Origin: Ostrea edulis | Taxonomy: Eukaryota | Direction: 5' to 3' | DNA length: 64,000 nucleotides | Assembly: GCF_947568905.1 (NCBI RefSeq) | Contig: NC_079165.1 | Location: forward strand, 71,982,001 to 72,046,000 | Part shown: in pieces, positions 11,271 through 24,800 of the stretch | Position numbering within the stretch: the stretch's first letter is position 1 | Layout: each line of letters starts with the position of its first letter | Program-made: the position numbers and the translations under genes | The notes under the pieces: generated by a model | What the model saw: only the letters and a program-made list of their open reading frames with translations | Database searches by the model: none | Told to the model about the DNA's origin: nothing

Positions 11271-14200
11271 TTTCCTTCTACGATACGCAAAAAAGGCACT
11301 TACCCACTCTGGTACGTTTTTCATTGGGAATAGTATCTTTTCCCAGATCTCCTGAAACTGATCCGATGCCAATTTCTTGCAGTACTGATATGACGCCTGT
11401 AATATACAGTGTACTTTTCTTCAAAACTGTCAAGGAATGTCAACTGTCAAATGTCAACTGTCATTTCATATTTTGTAAACATGGTATCTTTCCTCGCTCT
11501 CGGTTTCAATCCCACAAGATTTTGACAACTTTTGAGTATGAAATAGTATATAGACGTAAATTATATATAGTAGATTTGACCACGTACCAATTTCATGTCA
11601 TATCCCAATGGAACTATAAATTCTTTATCTTATTCCTCCTATTTCTATTTTGATTTGTGTTTTTATCGAGCTGCCATACTTATGTTGCGCGATCGGACAA
11701 CACAAAATAAAACTCGTTAGATTTCTATCGATAAATAATTGGGAACAATATCTAAGAAAATATAAACACTAAATATTTGACTGAGAAGGAATAAAAAGGA
11801 TGAAACAGGTGTAAATAAGGTATTTATAATTCAGAGCGTCAAGTTAACTCACTTGAAGACAACAATAGCTGGGGATGTGATTTTATCGATCAGCGATGGA
11901 GAAACCGTGGTGTTGTCCTACTTAAACTTAAAGTTGAAAACACAATACTGTACACAAATTTTGACAGGAATTCAGAGAATCTTAGAGAATTCATGGGGGA
12001 TAGATGGATCAGGTTAACGTTAAGCTCTTGGTTAGAATATTGCAAGTTTTGGAAAGGAACAACGGCATGTGAAACTCATCGTTAGGACCCGTGGTTGTAG
12101 CAGTAGCACTGACAGATTTAGATGAGTACAGGTAGGTTGCTTTTTTCCCCTCTAGGGTGTGTAAGAGGAGATAAACACGAACTGACAGAGTTTTTGCTCA
12201 CTCGAGATATTTCAATGAAGATTTGCAGTGGTGCTCTGAGTTGTCTCAGAAACAAGCCTCGCTCATGGCTGACGTTATTGCCCCGAATCAAATACACCAT
12301 AAGTAGATAGGCCTATAATTTCGCTTCCATTTAATTCGCTTCCATTGAAGAATTATTGTCTGTTTACAAAGTAAACTGAATATAAATTTTCTTATATATG
12401 GTCTTTTGGGGGGGGGATGTTTGTTTGGTTTTGATTTTTTTCCTGATACATGTATGTCATTGCGTATGCAAGAAGCCAATGAAAGTACCTAAGACAATTG
12501 AACCAAGTACTTTGGAAGCGGTGATTGTATTCATAGGCAAGACAATTCTGATCACGTGACCGACTTCATGTCATCAAAATTTTAATTATTTGTTCACTTC
12601 AATCTTGACGCTCGTTCAGACAGATATCTGTTTTATTGCCCTACATTAGACACAGTAATTCAATATGTAGACAATCTGTTTGTTCTCAGCTTTTGTGGGT
12701 TTAGTTTTAGTGCTAGTTTACATTTCATTTTATTCAGTGTAGTCTGTAGATTTCATTTCAATGTATATTTTCTGTCATTCTGAAGAAAGGACAGGTCGTC
12801 CCGAAAATTCCACAATTTTATATTGTTCGTGTCGTTAGTCATATTTCGATAATTTTATTGCTTTATAGTTCAGTAAAAACAATACGTTAAGATATAGAAG
12901 ATTAAGGTGGGTGTCAAATGTTGTCTATTTCTATTAAAACAAACCCATAACCTAAATTCCCGTCCATTAAATTTAATGTTGATACCATACTTTGTGTTGC
13001 TGTAGGCATGTGTATTTTCAATACTTACTTACATGTATATAAAAAAAAATTGAATCACCAAATATGAATGTAATTGAGGAATCAATGTCTAGCTTGTGTG
13101 ATAGAGGTATAAAAGCAGTGGAAATATGGAACGATCTCTGCAAGATCGGCCTTGCCGATTATGCAAATTTCCCAGAATTCCATTATTTTCACATCGCCAT
13201 TGATGTAATACAAACAAATTTTACATTCATGAATAACGATGTAATACTAGGGCTAGCATTCCCCAAAATCAAGTCGCATGTAACTACAATATTTTGTGTA
13301 TTTGATCAGCGTTTACTTCCCACCTCAAGAATGTCTGCTAGAAGTTTAATATTCCCTTCTCGTGATCTTCCTTGGTTTTGCGTAGATCCTCCAGGGCTTT
13401 CGTCCACTCATTGTCGTAAAGTCCGAGAATCTCTCGGCGAGGTTTGTCGGTATGTTCTTGTCACTGGGGTCAGCAACCTTTGAATTTGTATCGGTCTGCT
13501 TTTCTCCAGACAATTCATTACCCTATAAGCGTAGTAAATATCTTCAATTACATTTTGCACAAAACGTTTAATCATAGTATGCACACTGTTTATGTTAAAA
13601 TTATGCCATAAGTAACAACCATGGTGACTGCCCGATCTGGCATTTGTTCGTACTGTAAATAACGATGCGTTTTTACCGTATACATATATACATGTATTGG
13701 TATTCATTTGAAACAAAACCATATTTGTTGATATCCCTAAGTTCAAGTGTAGTGTACTTTAATGTAGGTTAGTTGCATGGAGTCGTACATCCCTATACGA
13801 AAACCTTTCATTATTTAAATCGTGCAGGGTCTTTTAGCATACAGTGACATAGAACCTTGCCTTTAAGGAACAGCCGACTTTTACTAATGCCTGGTGCCTT
13901 ATGTCGCGGCGGTCATTTCCTCCTCCTTGGAGAAATCAGTTAGATATAGCTAGCTATGCACAGGAAAATACATATGCATTTCTCCTACAAAGTTACCTAG
14001 ATTTCAGTTTCTCTATTTCTTTTTGCTGTAGTTCTATAAGATTGGCGTTATTGTCTTGACGAGCAGATTCCAGGGGTTTCTCTTCCTCGTCGATGTACTT
14101 TTCTTTACTTCTTACATCATCATTTTTCTCGTTGTGCCTCAATGACAAATGTTTTGGAAGCTCGCGACAAGCTGTCTAACTCTTTGGGACGTCTGGAGAT

Positions 14201-14832
14201 CGTGTATTCCAGTGAATTTTTACTTTCAACCGTTCTCTAACAGTTAATAGAGAAAACATTCAAAGTATGTATACTAGTGTACCTACAATACATACATGCA
14301 TGCATACTTTTCAGTATTTGAGATAATCTGTAATCGACTCCTGAATCACAAAAACTATGAGTAATCGCTTCAAATTATTTAATGTTGAAGAAATAAATGT
14401 AGTAATCAGTTCAGCTGCCACGTTAACATTTATATAAAGACATCTTTATAATAGGTAATTGCAGGGTGCATGTAAGGATTATCAATTATCTTTCAATGTT
14501 CATTTCTGCATGTGCGGTTTCATTTCTATTAAATGCAATAAGAGTTTAATTCTAAAATTGATTTTGAAGTAATTTACTGTAATATTACCAAAAACCATAT
14601 TTATAGTAAATTTTGAAGACGAAATGTACCATCGCCTGCTTTACTATCGAAAACTTACAGGAACATGCCTATATCCCTTGTTTAGAGCTTTCATAAGCGT
14701 TGTATAGTCTATCTGAGCATCCACTAATACCATTTCTAGTTTTTTTCCAGTCTTGTTCTTCAGCTGCTTTCAATGCGGCTCGCAAAGATTCCACCTTTGA
14801 AGATATTTGATAATTACGAGGACGATGATGGG

Positions 14833-14834
<2 letters not shown>

Positions 14835-14869
<35 letters not shown>
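14835..14869. repeat. (GA)n microsatellite
   Basis: Perfect GA run. Confidence 0.95.
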
Positions 14870-14871
<2 letters not shown>

Positions 14872-16158
14872 TACAATGGCTGATTTGAATGCAAGATTTT
14901 TTAATAACATTTTAATTTACAAATATAAGTTTCATGCAAGTTTTCCTCCTTGCAGTTGAAGATTACGTACATGTATGTAAACTGTAAACACGTTGCAGAA
15001 TTTAAAGGTGCTTAGTGGTGTTTATCTAACATTTACGAGTTTATGATAGATATATTGACCACCTCTGTTGACATATCTGATTGCAGTGAATACTATTAGT
15101 GAATACTATTTAAATTTAGATAAGGTTACTTGGACCCAAGAACATCAAAACGACCTGTATTACAGCTGACATTTACATGTACTTTGTGAGGGGGCACGAT
15201 TGTCTGTTTTGAGTAGAAGGTTCAAACTCACAACTGTTTGTTACATCATAAATAACGCATGTAATCACAATGTAATGGCATTTGTTTACAAAAAGTCATG
15301 CAGTAAGACTGTAAATAACTTACATTATCTGACTCCGCTCCTACAACTCCTTTCAAAAGGTAATTAAGATCGGACTTGGCATTCTGAATGTTTTCCCACG
15401 TAAGGAGGTGATATTTCTTCTGAGCCACAAGTCCAACCACGCCTTGCAACGCGCTGCCATACCCGGACATGTTTCTACGTCATCCTCAGCTTGAAGCCCA
15501 CAAAAATAAAACCAGCATGAATACATTCTACGTGGACAACATGTTCTATGATCGCTGTAGCTTTTCGACAAGTGTTAATAGCCAGTTAATATTTTCTTTT
15601 ATATCTTGGGTCTCTTAAATTCTTGTGGGGTGTTTACTTTTAAAAGTAGCAATGGTTTGTCAACAAAAAATCGTCCTCACATTGGGGCTTCTGATACGTC
15701 TCTTACCTTAGTTTATGCGAATATTCAACACGACCTGAAGTATTCAACCTTCCTATCTTATACAATCCAGAAAGATATTAAATTACTAGTCAACGGTTCC
15801 CTCTAACATTGTTTCCGATCATTGATCATATTAGCATATGCTTCTGCTTGATTGGGATTTCTTTCTTGAGAATTCTAACTGCGTTTAAATGCCCTTGATT
15901 GGATTAATCCGAAGAAGATTAAGTTTTTTAAGACAAGCACACCACTGAATGTGTATGTGTTTAGATAACACCTGGATACCTTTTGATTTATCTATTGATT
16001 TATCTGTGAAAAATAATATTTGAGACGGTGTTCCTCTTGAAAATCAATTTCAGCACGCTCCGATTTTTCTCCTGATTTGATTTTCACGTGCAATTAAATT
16101 TGTTGAATGTATTTGGAATGAATTGATTTGATATACCAATTCTAAAGAAGAGAGCGGT

Positions 16159-16167
<9 letters not shown>

Positions 16168-16215
<48 letters not shown>
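16168..16215. repeat. (AT)n microsatellite
   Basis: Perfect TA run. Confidence 0.95.
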
Positions 16216-16219
<4 letters not shown>

Positions 16220-17027
16220 CACTAATAAAAGTCTAGAAACACAGATATGTTGACGTTACTTAGCATTTGCATTTCATTTTATAACTGTCTGAAGAGGCAT
16301 TAAAGCCGAAAGCGCTAACAGTGAAATGTTATTCGAGTTTTGTGTTTCTTGACTTTTATTAGTATTTATTGTATCAAATACTGAATTCTTTTTACAAACT
16401 ATATCTATCTATATCTATCTATCTATCTATAACGGGAAACACGGTGCCTATGAGCTATGTTTATACTAAAATATTAAAGTTGCAACTGACACAGATGTTG
16501 AACATATGTACAATTGAGAGGTAGGTAAGTATATGCTCTACATTTCTTCAAGAAATAATTGCTTCAGATTCGTGGATTGTTAGCCAGATATGAGGAAATT
16601 CAGAATTTTCATTCACTTTGTGATCTTCCAGTGAATTTGAAAATACATATGTCGTATGTTAAAAGTGATACTCAATTTGAGATGGACATAATCTAGGTCC
16701 ATCATGTCTTTTCAGAATGGGAATCATATGTAAATGTATAATTTCCTCGAGATGTAGTTAACGGTTGCAAAGTTCGTTTACAATTCAAGATCGGTAATTA
16801 TAAGTGGGGTAATACTATGCACGCGCTACAAATAGACCGAAGGAATTACATGTACATGTATCTGATAATCCAAACAGACCCTAAATTACTGATTAAGATG
16901 TCTTTAACATTATATCACAAATTCCATAAATGTGATTATTAAAAAAGACCTATAGGGGAGAACAATTTTTCAGAAAAAGTCACAATTTGTTATAGGCCTA
17001 TCAACATTCATTGCCTCTTTTGTTGTA

Positions 17028-18472
17028 CAGGGTGTCCCAAAACATGCGTTACACTTTTAATCATCTATAACTTTATCAAAACAAAAGCAATTACAAAGAT
17101 ATTTTGTCAACATCTAGTGTATTAATATGAATTTTATTTGACAAAATTTCGGGAAATTCTGTTAAATAGTCAGTTAATTATGACGTCATAATGACGTCAT
17201 CCCATTTTCAAGATGGAACCTTCATGTGAACAGGTGGCAGAAATTGTCAAACTTTACTATGAGTGTAAATCTGCTACTTTAGTCATTAGAACCATGAAAA
17301 AACAACATCCTGGAATAAAAGTGCTCAACAGAATGCTAATTTACAGACTTGTGAGGAAGTTTGAATTTAAAGGCACCACAAATGACACAAGACGCAATTC
17401 TGGTATTGGGAGACCAAGGAGTGCCCGTACCAAAGAGAACATTGATGCCATTGATAGAGTTATTACTGAAACTCCACAAAAATCAGTTAGACGGGTATTG
17501 CATGAACTGAATGGCACCGTTAGCAAATCTAGTATTCATAGAATGCTCAAATTTGATTTAAAATTGATTCCATACAAGATAAGTGTGATGCAGCATTTAA
17601 AAGAGACAGACATTAGAAGTCGTTTAGAGTTTGCCCATTGGATTTTAAGTAGACCCGACTCTGAAAATTTTACAGATGCCATATGGTTTTCCGATGAGGC
17701 CCACTTCCATCTTAATAATGTTGTCAATAAACAGAATTTTAGATTCTGGGGTTCGGCGAAACCCAATTATATGTGGAAAAACCTCTTCACTGTGAGAAAG
17801 TTACTGTATGGGCTGCATTAAATTCAAGCAGAATAATTGGCCCTTTTTTCTTCGAAGACACCGAAGGCACTGCATCAGTGACGGTAAATTCTGAACGATA
17901 CTTAAAGTTAATAAAATCAAAATTTCTACCAGCTCTTAGACGAAAAGTTGTAAATTTCGATAATGTGTGGTTTCAACAGGACGGTGCTACGCCACACACT
18001 GCAGGTTGTGTTCTTCAGTGGCTTGACAACACGTTTGGTGATCAATACATTTCTTATCGTACCGCAAATGTTTGGCCACCGCACTCCCCCGATCTGAACC
18101 CCCTTGATTTCTTCTTGTGGGGTTATCTAAAAGACAGAGTGTACTCTCCTTCCCCACAAACAACAAAAGACTTAAAAACAGCAATTACACGAGAAATAAG
18201 ATCAATCTCTGTTGATACATGTAAAGCTGTGGTAAAAAACTTCAGAAATCGTGTTCAAATAATGTTAAAGACAAAGGGACGTCATTTGGAACTTATGTTG
18301 TAAAATTACATATATTATTCCGAAGAAAGTTTTTGTTGATTAACAAGGAAGCTGTGACCAATGTATGCATTGACAAAAAATTTAAATCCTTTTTGTTATA
18401 TGTTGTAAATTTCATAATTGTAACTTAAGGTATTAAAATTTTATAACAGTTTAAAAGTGTAACATATGTTTT
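17028..18472 (+). mobile_element. Tc1/mariner-superfamily DNA transposon, DD41D (rosa/Visitor) type
   Basis: TA at 17026-27, then left TIR CAGGGTGTCCCAAAACATGCGTTACACTTTTAA. Right TIR remnant ttaaaagtgtaacatatgttt at 18451-18471 lacks the terminal 12 bp. Contains the transposase. Confidence 0.88.
17213..18303 (+). pseudogene. DD41D transposase with a single 1-nt frameshift near 17770
   Basis: N-terminal HTH region, 'WFSDEAHF', 'FQQDGATPH' and 'WPPHSPDLNPLDFFLWGYLK'. I counted 41 residues between the 2nd and 3rd catalytic Asp. ORFs 17213..17821 and 17773..18303 overlap at ...PNY[fs]VEKPLH. Confidence 0.88.
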
Positions 18473-18554
18473 CTTATTAAGAAATTGTATTATATATATC
18501 TTAGCGTGCAATATATGAACCATTATTGAAGCTCCAATTTTTCGTGGTATGAAA

Positions 18555-19000
18555 AAGTGAAGATAACTAACAGTGATCAATCTCACAAAACTCATAAAGA
18601 GTAGGAAATTAAGAGTAGGGCGAACACGGACCCATGGATACACCAGAGGTGGGATCAGGTACTTAGGAGAAATAAGCATACACTGTTGACTGATCATACT
18701 CGCCATGATGTATCTCTCTTTATCAAGTTAACGGAGTAATCGGTAGTTAAAATCTGTATGGAAAACGGTCTAACAGTTGGTTTGAAACACGTCATACAGC
18801 ATTTAACCTAATGGTAGGTTGAACTTGCACATAATATCATTTTAACGTCCTTAGAATCTGAGACATTATGTGTTTAAACGAGACTGGTGAAACCATGTAC
18901 CATCAACTTATCTGTCAGTAGCTAGCCTCGATATAAAAATTGATAATACACAGAACATAATCTCGCCTATAGAATCAGTTGAGAGACATAGATATAAAAT
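18555..19000 (-). mobile_element. PLE 3' fragment (diverged)
   Basis: Matches the family 3' UTR and RT C-terminus. Confidence 0.7.
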
Positions 19001-20827
19001 ACACAGTAGTAGGTAGTATGATCTTCTCGATACGTTCCTTGCACTCGAACTGTAAACAAAGATGGCATACCAGATATCGTTTGATATTAAGCTACAAGTG
19101 TACATGTATGGTAGCTGGTTTCGGTGTCTTATCTAATTCTTACAAAATTTCAACCCTGATTTTCAGTAAGGAAACTGCAGGACAATTATATATTCATAGT
19201 TTGAAACATTTGACCTGCATTGTTCTATGCAATCGGATGTATGTTGAAAACGAGCGTACATGTAATTGTGACATTGCATGAATTAACACCGGTACCAGTA
19301 ACACTTCTGTTAGAAAACATGACGGGAAAATGAATAGATTATCATCATAAAACAATTGAAATATGTTTTAGTTATACAATGTATTATGAATTATCACAGA
19401 ACTAATATCAGTGAATGTTGACGCTCTTTCAAAGTGAAAACAAAAAGATTGCAAGCTTGCAAATTTCTACACCCAACTTGCACCAATATACCCTAATACA
19501 AGTTCAAGTTCAATCATCCTGGTAAGATACAAGATGCTATCTTGATGTTGGTTTTATCCTTTGCTTTCCATATCTCTATATATATGACAACATGCATAAC
19601 GGTTTCGTTTATCTATTGATAAATTATGACGAGGGAACATGATAGTAAGATATGATTATAAACAATAGTCTTTTTGTCAACACTGTTGGATAATACTCTT
19701 TACAGCAAATATCACGTGATCATTACGTGAAATGAGCATTCGATGGCCTCTGTATCTACCCTTTGTCACAATTATTCTAATACTGGAACGTAGAAAAACT
19801 ATTGTGTCTATATTCCGACAGAAATCATATTTTGCCTGATAAACGATCATTTTGAATGTTCATACAGTTCTCATGAAACTGATATTTTTCACTATAGTTT
19901 TGCTAGCGCCTTCGGGTCAAAGCATATACGTTAGTATTTTTGCATGCAGCTAATTATGCGCATGCTTTGGTTGCCATAATGCGGTATTCTGGGAGTTATA
20001 TAAAAATAGTAATCTCGAATTTTATTTTACATAATTAAACCTTTATACACGAGTTGTAAAAATGGTAAAACACAAGAATTTACAGGTACATGTAGCTATC
20101 TGATTTTTATTCTTTGGGCTACATATTGTCACAAAAAGCAGCCTAAAAATTACATTGTTTTACATATTGACAACATTGATAAATATTATACTTGTAATGT
20201 TTAAAATACAAGACTAGCAATAATTAATGCAGCTAGTCTTCAGATCTTAACTTTATTTGCAATACAACAGGCTATTTGTCCGATCGATCAATATACATGT
20301 ATATGTTCCCTTGAATAAAATAACTTCTCCTTTTTCGTGACTTTATGCTAGAAAATCAATGTTCTCGGCCGTTTTCGCAACGTCACGTGGTAAAAATCCT
20401 TGCTTGGCATTGACCAATGTCTCTGAGAAAACAAAGGATTTGCTTTCGGATATTTCCGTGACATTGCGCTAGAAAATTACTGTCCCCTTAAAGTCAAGGA
20501 AAAATTTCTATTGTCATGTTTTATGCTTATATATTTAGCTTTGTGTACCATTGAAAATAATTTATATAATAAACAGCATGTGGTTTCTTTACATGTGTTT
20601 TCTTCCTTTCTATAAAAGAAAAAAAATGAAAAAGTGTTCATTTAGCCTAGCACTGATTTCACAAAAAATCGGGGGGTGGAGTTGATGTTAAAATACAAGA
20701 GGGTTACTGTACCAGTCCCGAATTTCTAAAATCGTGAAGTCGTCTCTTCAGTACTCTACCAAATTTGAAGTATTTTTTCTACTAAGTGCGGAGAGGACAC
20801 TATCCGGATATATATACATGCATTTTC

Positions 20828-21110
20828 ATGAAAGGTGAAGATAACCAACAGTGACCAATCTCATAACTCCTATAAGCAATACAAAATAGATAGTTGGGCA
20901 AACACGGACCCCTGGACACACCAGAAGTGGGAACAGGTGCCTAGGAGAAGTGGGGCCTATATCACGATCAGATAAATGGAGTTATCTGTAGTCAAAATTT
21001 GTGCCAAGAATGACCTTCATGTACAATCGAATCGGTATGAAACACGTCAGGCAGCATTTGACCCAATGGTAGGTTGTATTGACGAACTAGATCGTTATAA
21101 CGACTATATC
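20828..21110 (-). mobile_element. PLE 3' fragment
   Basis: atgaaaggtgaagataaccaacagtgacc...gaactagatcgttataacgac. Confidence 0.75.
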
Positions 21111-21816
21111 AAATGATAAGGATATGGTCTTTGTCAGAAAAATTGGGGAAGTAACCCAACTCCAACCCCCAATTTAACATGCTTAATACATACATTCTTA
21201 CTTCGCAATGAAGAATATTTATAAATTTTAAACTAAAAAAACATGATGTAAACTAAATTACATTTATTCATGAACACCCTTAGAAAATAGTCACATGCAT
21301 GTATGCCGATTATTATTTATTCATAATATATATTTATTTATTGAAAATTGAATACTTTGTATTAATCATAAAGACTATCCAACCATGATTTATTTATTGA
21401 ATATCTTACCTCTCTGACTTGTAATACAAACCAGCCAATAAAATTCCTAAACGTTACTTGTAGAAAATAAAGGTCTTAAAAATAAAATAGTACTTTGAAT
21501 TGCTATAGTAGAAATTGAATTATCTTATACCCTCTACTTGCATATAGTAGACAATAGATGTGCCGTTAGCACTCTGATCTTTCTTTAAAGATGGGCTTGT
21601 TATGATGGTATAATCACGATACTTGCAAAACTATGATGTAGCTCAATATTTACATGTACAGTATAGAGTCATTAATGGATGTTGTCTGCATTACGTAGAA
21701 AGAAAAGAGAGAAAAAATACGGAAACACATGCACTATCAATGACATTGCTAGAAATCTGGATTGCCTACAGATATTTCACATGAATAGCATTTGCTAATT
21801 GCTATATTTAGTGCCT

Positions 21817-24800
21817 TCACTTTTTCGCTGCTATAACTGAACCCTTTGCTAAAACCTTTCGTCCTTCTTGTATGAGAACTGCAGGCCAGACACACATCGA
21901 CACATACTTTCCACTATCTGAATAAAAGTCGTATTTGTCCGTTTCGACTCTATCGCCCTCAGACGGCCAAATGAGAGCCATGGGTGGATCCTGGACACAC
22001 ATTAGCCATACAGTTTCTATGCACTTGTCTATGTAGTCATTAAGAACACTTGGTAGTTTTGTATGATCCCAACGAAAGTCCTTTTCAATCGTTGTTTCTT
22101 TGAATTTCTATATTTAAAAAAAGTAACGGTGAAATATATTTATTGCCATTTTCGTACAGAAAAAATATCTTCCCTTGCCTTCTCCCCAATCTAAAGTATA
22201 TCAAACTTTGGATGGGTAGATAGAGATAATCTATTTTTTTCAGTAACAATACAATATTGATAAAAGGAATTTTCAAAAGGCATGTTTTTTAGCAGAGCAG
22301 ATTCATCTCATTCGATCGTTGAAGGAAAAAAACCTTTTTTTTTAAATTTAGCTCTTCACACATTTTTTTTTGAAGTAACATGAATATGATTAAATCTGTT
22401 ACAGTAGCTATAAGAACTTTACCGTTTAATATATCAAGGAAAAATAACTCTGAATTCTCGTCCATGTTTTCAGACTAATATTCTACGATTTATCTACCTT
22501 GCAAAGCTGAGGCACCGATATCGTTGCCACTTCTTGACGCAACCCTTTGACGTATTTCATCCCCTTTGATGATAACATCAGACGCTGTTCTCGTGTTGGG
22601 GAACTTTCCTGCATGGGAAAATTTCGTTTCACCTTTTGACAAGAACTTATATTCTTTCTTCTTTTTTTAAAAATAAAAATCGCTTACTAGTATTTTATGG
22701 TAATATTATGGATGTCTGAAGCCTAGTATTGTTAGCATTGAATCAAATTCAAGGATTGATTGAATGATAATAAATCTGATATGTCTGTCTCTTAGTTTCG
22801 AGTTTTGCTTTGTAATTGTATTTTGTTTTTTTAAATTTACATCACTCGTTATGTACCTGAAGAATGTCACCAATAGTAACTCAAACATTGCACTAAACCA
22901 GACTTTATAATTCTATACAAATCACATTATAGATGTACGTAGTGTGATAGTAATTAATGTACGTAGTGTATTATGTTTTACCAGATACGGGAGTTTGATG
23001 GGTTGTAATAAGGGCACTGCTGAGGTTGTGGTCAAATCCAGTAGCTGTCCATAAGCGGCGGTTTGGCAGAACGAATACGCATACTGAAATAGAGACCAAT
23101 AAGACTTATCGTACCTCCACTGCAACAATTGTCAACCCCTAAATAGAGAGCAATAAGACTTATCGTACCTCCACTGCAACAATTGTCAACCACTAAATAG
23201 GATCAAAGGGTTTTTGCAATATTGCTCAATCCACTGTTAACTATACTGTTTGAGTAGTGTCCTGCAGCATTATTACAATTAACAAGACAACTGAATATTT
23301 CGTTTTGCAATATTGAAAGAATGTTGTCACTTCGCATTTTAAGCTGCAAATCTACAGTAATGAATTAAGAAATATATATAGACCATGCTCGGTTTTCATC
23401 GATGATTAAAATAATTTTAAATGACATAATGTTTACTTAATTTACCCGTATAATTCTCATGAGGTTGTACATAATTTCGTTGTCTTTTCCTTGGTTCCAT
23501 AAGTTCATTTCGTGATAAGCACGTTCATACTCGTTGTCCCGGATGTTTTTAAATCGTTTGGTAATTTTGAGGACTTTGCTGAGTGTTGTCTCATCATCTT
23601 CTGGTCCACCACCCAATCTAAAAATGGTGAACTCAAAACTTTCACTTACATGTACTGTATTCAGTTTTTAAATTTCGTTTGAATCCAGAACTAAAACTCA
23701 ATTTTTCTGTTCAAAACCTGAAGAATTGATAATTAAGTTCACAGTCTTGGTTTGTTCATTAGTCTTCAAATTGCAATTAAATACTAGTATAAATGATGTT
23801 TTGATTTGATATTTTAGTTCCGAATCGAAATCGACATCACTTGATACTGCATCACCAAACAGACGCTTAAATGCCACCCAGTTGACATATGACGAAGCAG
23901 TGACACATAGATATGAATACGGTTTACTGGGATGCTTTACGCTTTCGGCATTGTAATGATACCTTTTGGTGAGTTGGTCAATCTTAGACTGCTGGAATTC
24001 CACTGTCCTGAGGACGTCCTCGTAGTCACTGATTGAGGACCCTGTCAGCGACCGCCTGCTGGGTTCACTGCGAGAAGTCTTCTTACCATGCTTGTTCCGG
24101 GGAGACACCTCCATAATTGTCATTCTTTTGGGAAGGTATCGCGCAGGTAACTCCTGCAGAATGTTTAATTGATATAAGGCAGGTAACTCCTGCAGAATGT
24201 TTAATTGATATAAGGCAGGTAACTCCTGCAGAATGTTTAATTGATATAAGGTAGGTAACTCCTGCAGTATGTTTAATTGATATAAGGCAGGTAACTCCTG
24301 CAGTATGTTTAATTGATATAAGGCAGGTAACTCCTGCAGTATGTTTAATTGATATAAGGCAGGTAACTCCTGCAGTATGTTTAATTGATATAAGGTTGTG
24401 TCATTACTTCATGTGTACAAAGGTTTTATGTATACTTTGAATACATTGCATACTGAGCATACACGTGCACACTAGCCTGAATGTAAATCCTGTGTTTGTA
24501 CATGTACAAGGAAAATCAATGAATGAAGCAAACCATTACTCCTATTATAGACTTGTACTTCTACCCTGGATGTCACTTTCGTTACCATGATGTGATGAAA
24601 TTAGTCATTTGATGACAGTAGTAAAACGATGCAGGTACTAACCACTTTATTTTGCATATTTATTAGCATTTTCTCGGATCTTTTGAGTGAATTGTACTCG
24701 TACAGCGCAGTTCCGGAAGTGTATTTATTGATACTGGGTTCCCGGCATGCAGTCATCAGAACTTCTTTGAGTTTGCTTTTAGGACCAATCTCTGGGCCAT

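Larger units (their letters stand above)
9334..15470 (-). pseudogene. Mieap-like paralog B, 5' exons frameshifted (probable pseudogene, or assembly indels)
   Basis: Exons: 15470-15324 (MSGYGSALQGVVGLVAQKKYH...), about 14790-14659 (+1 in an A-run), 14236-13997 (in-frame TAG), about 13523-13323 (ADPSDKNIPTNLAERFS[fs]LYDNEW, at least two 1-nt deletions). The last three exons are clean: 11396-11304 (ASYQYCKKLASDQ), 9813-9718, 9615-9334 (QDPP...VWPSLLLYEGGPLLKKGLV). Confidence 0.72.

Noticed and set aside
10030-11355. Long ORFs 10030..11355, 10059..11333 and 10856..11245 (441, 424 and 129 aa)
   Set aside because: They are translations of a stop-free 30-bp minisatellite, antisense to an intron of paralog B, with no domain or splice support.
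13064-13483. Plus-strand 139-aa ORF
   Set aside because: It is antisense to a Mieap exon and intron of paralog B, with no recognisable motif.
24143-24394. CRISPR-like interpretation of the 36-bp and 43-bp regular repeats
   Set aside because: The units are directly abutting with no unique spacers, there are no cas genes, and the context is eukaryotic.
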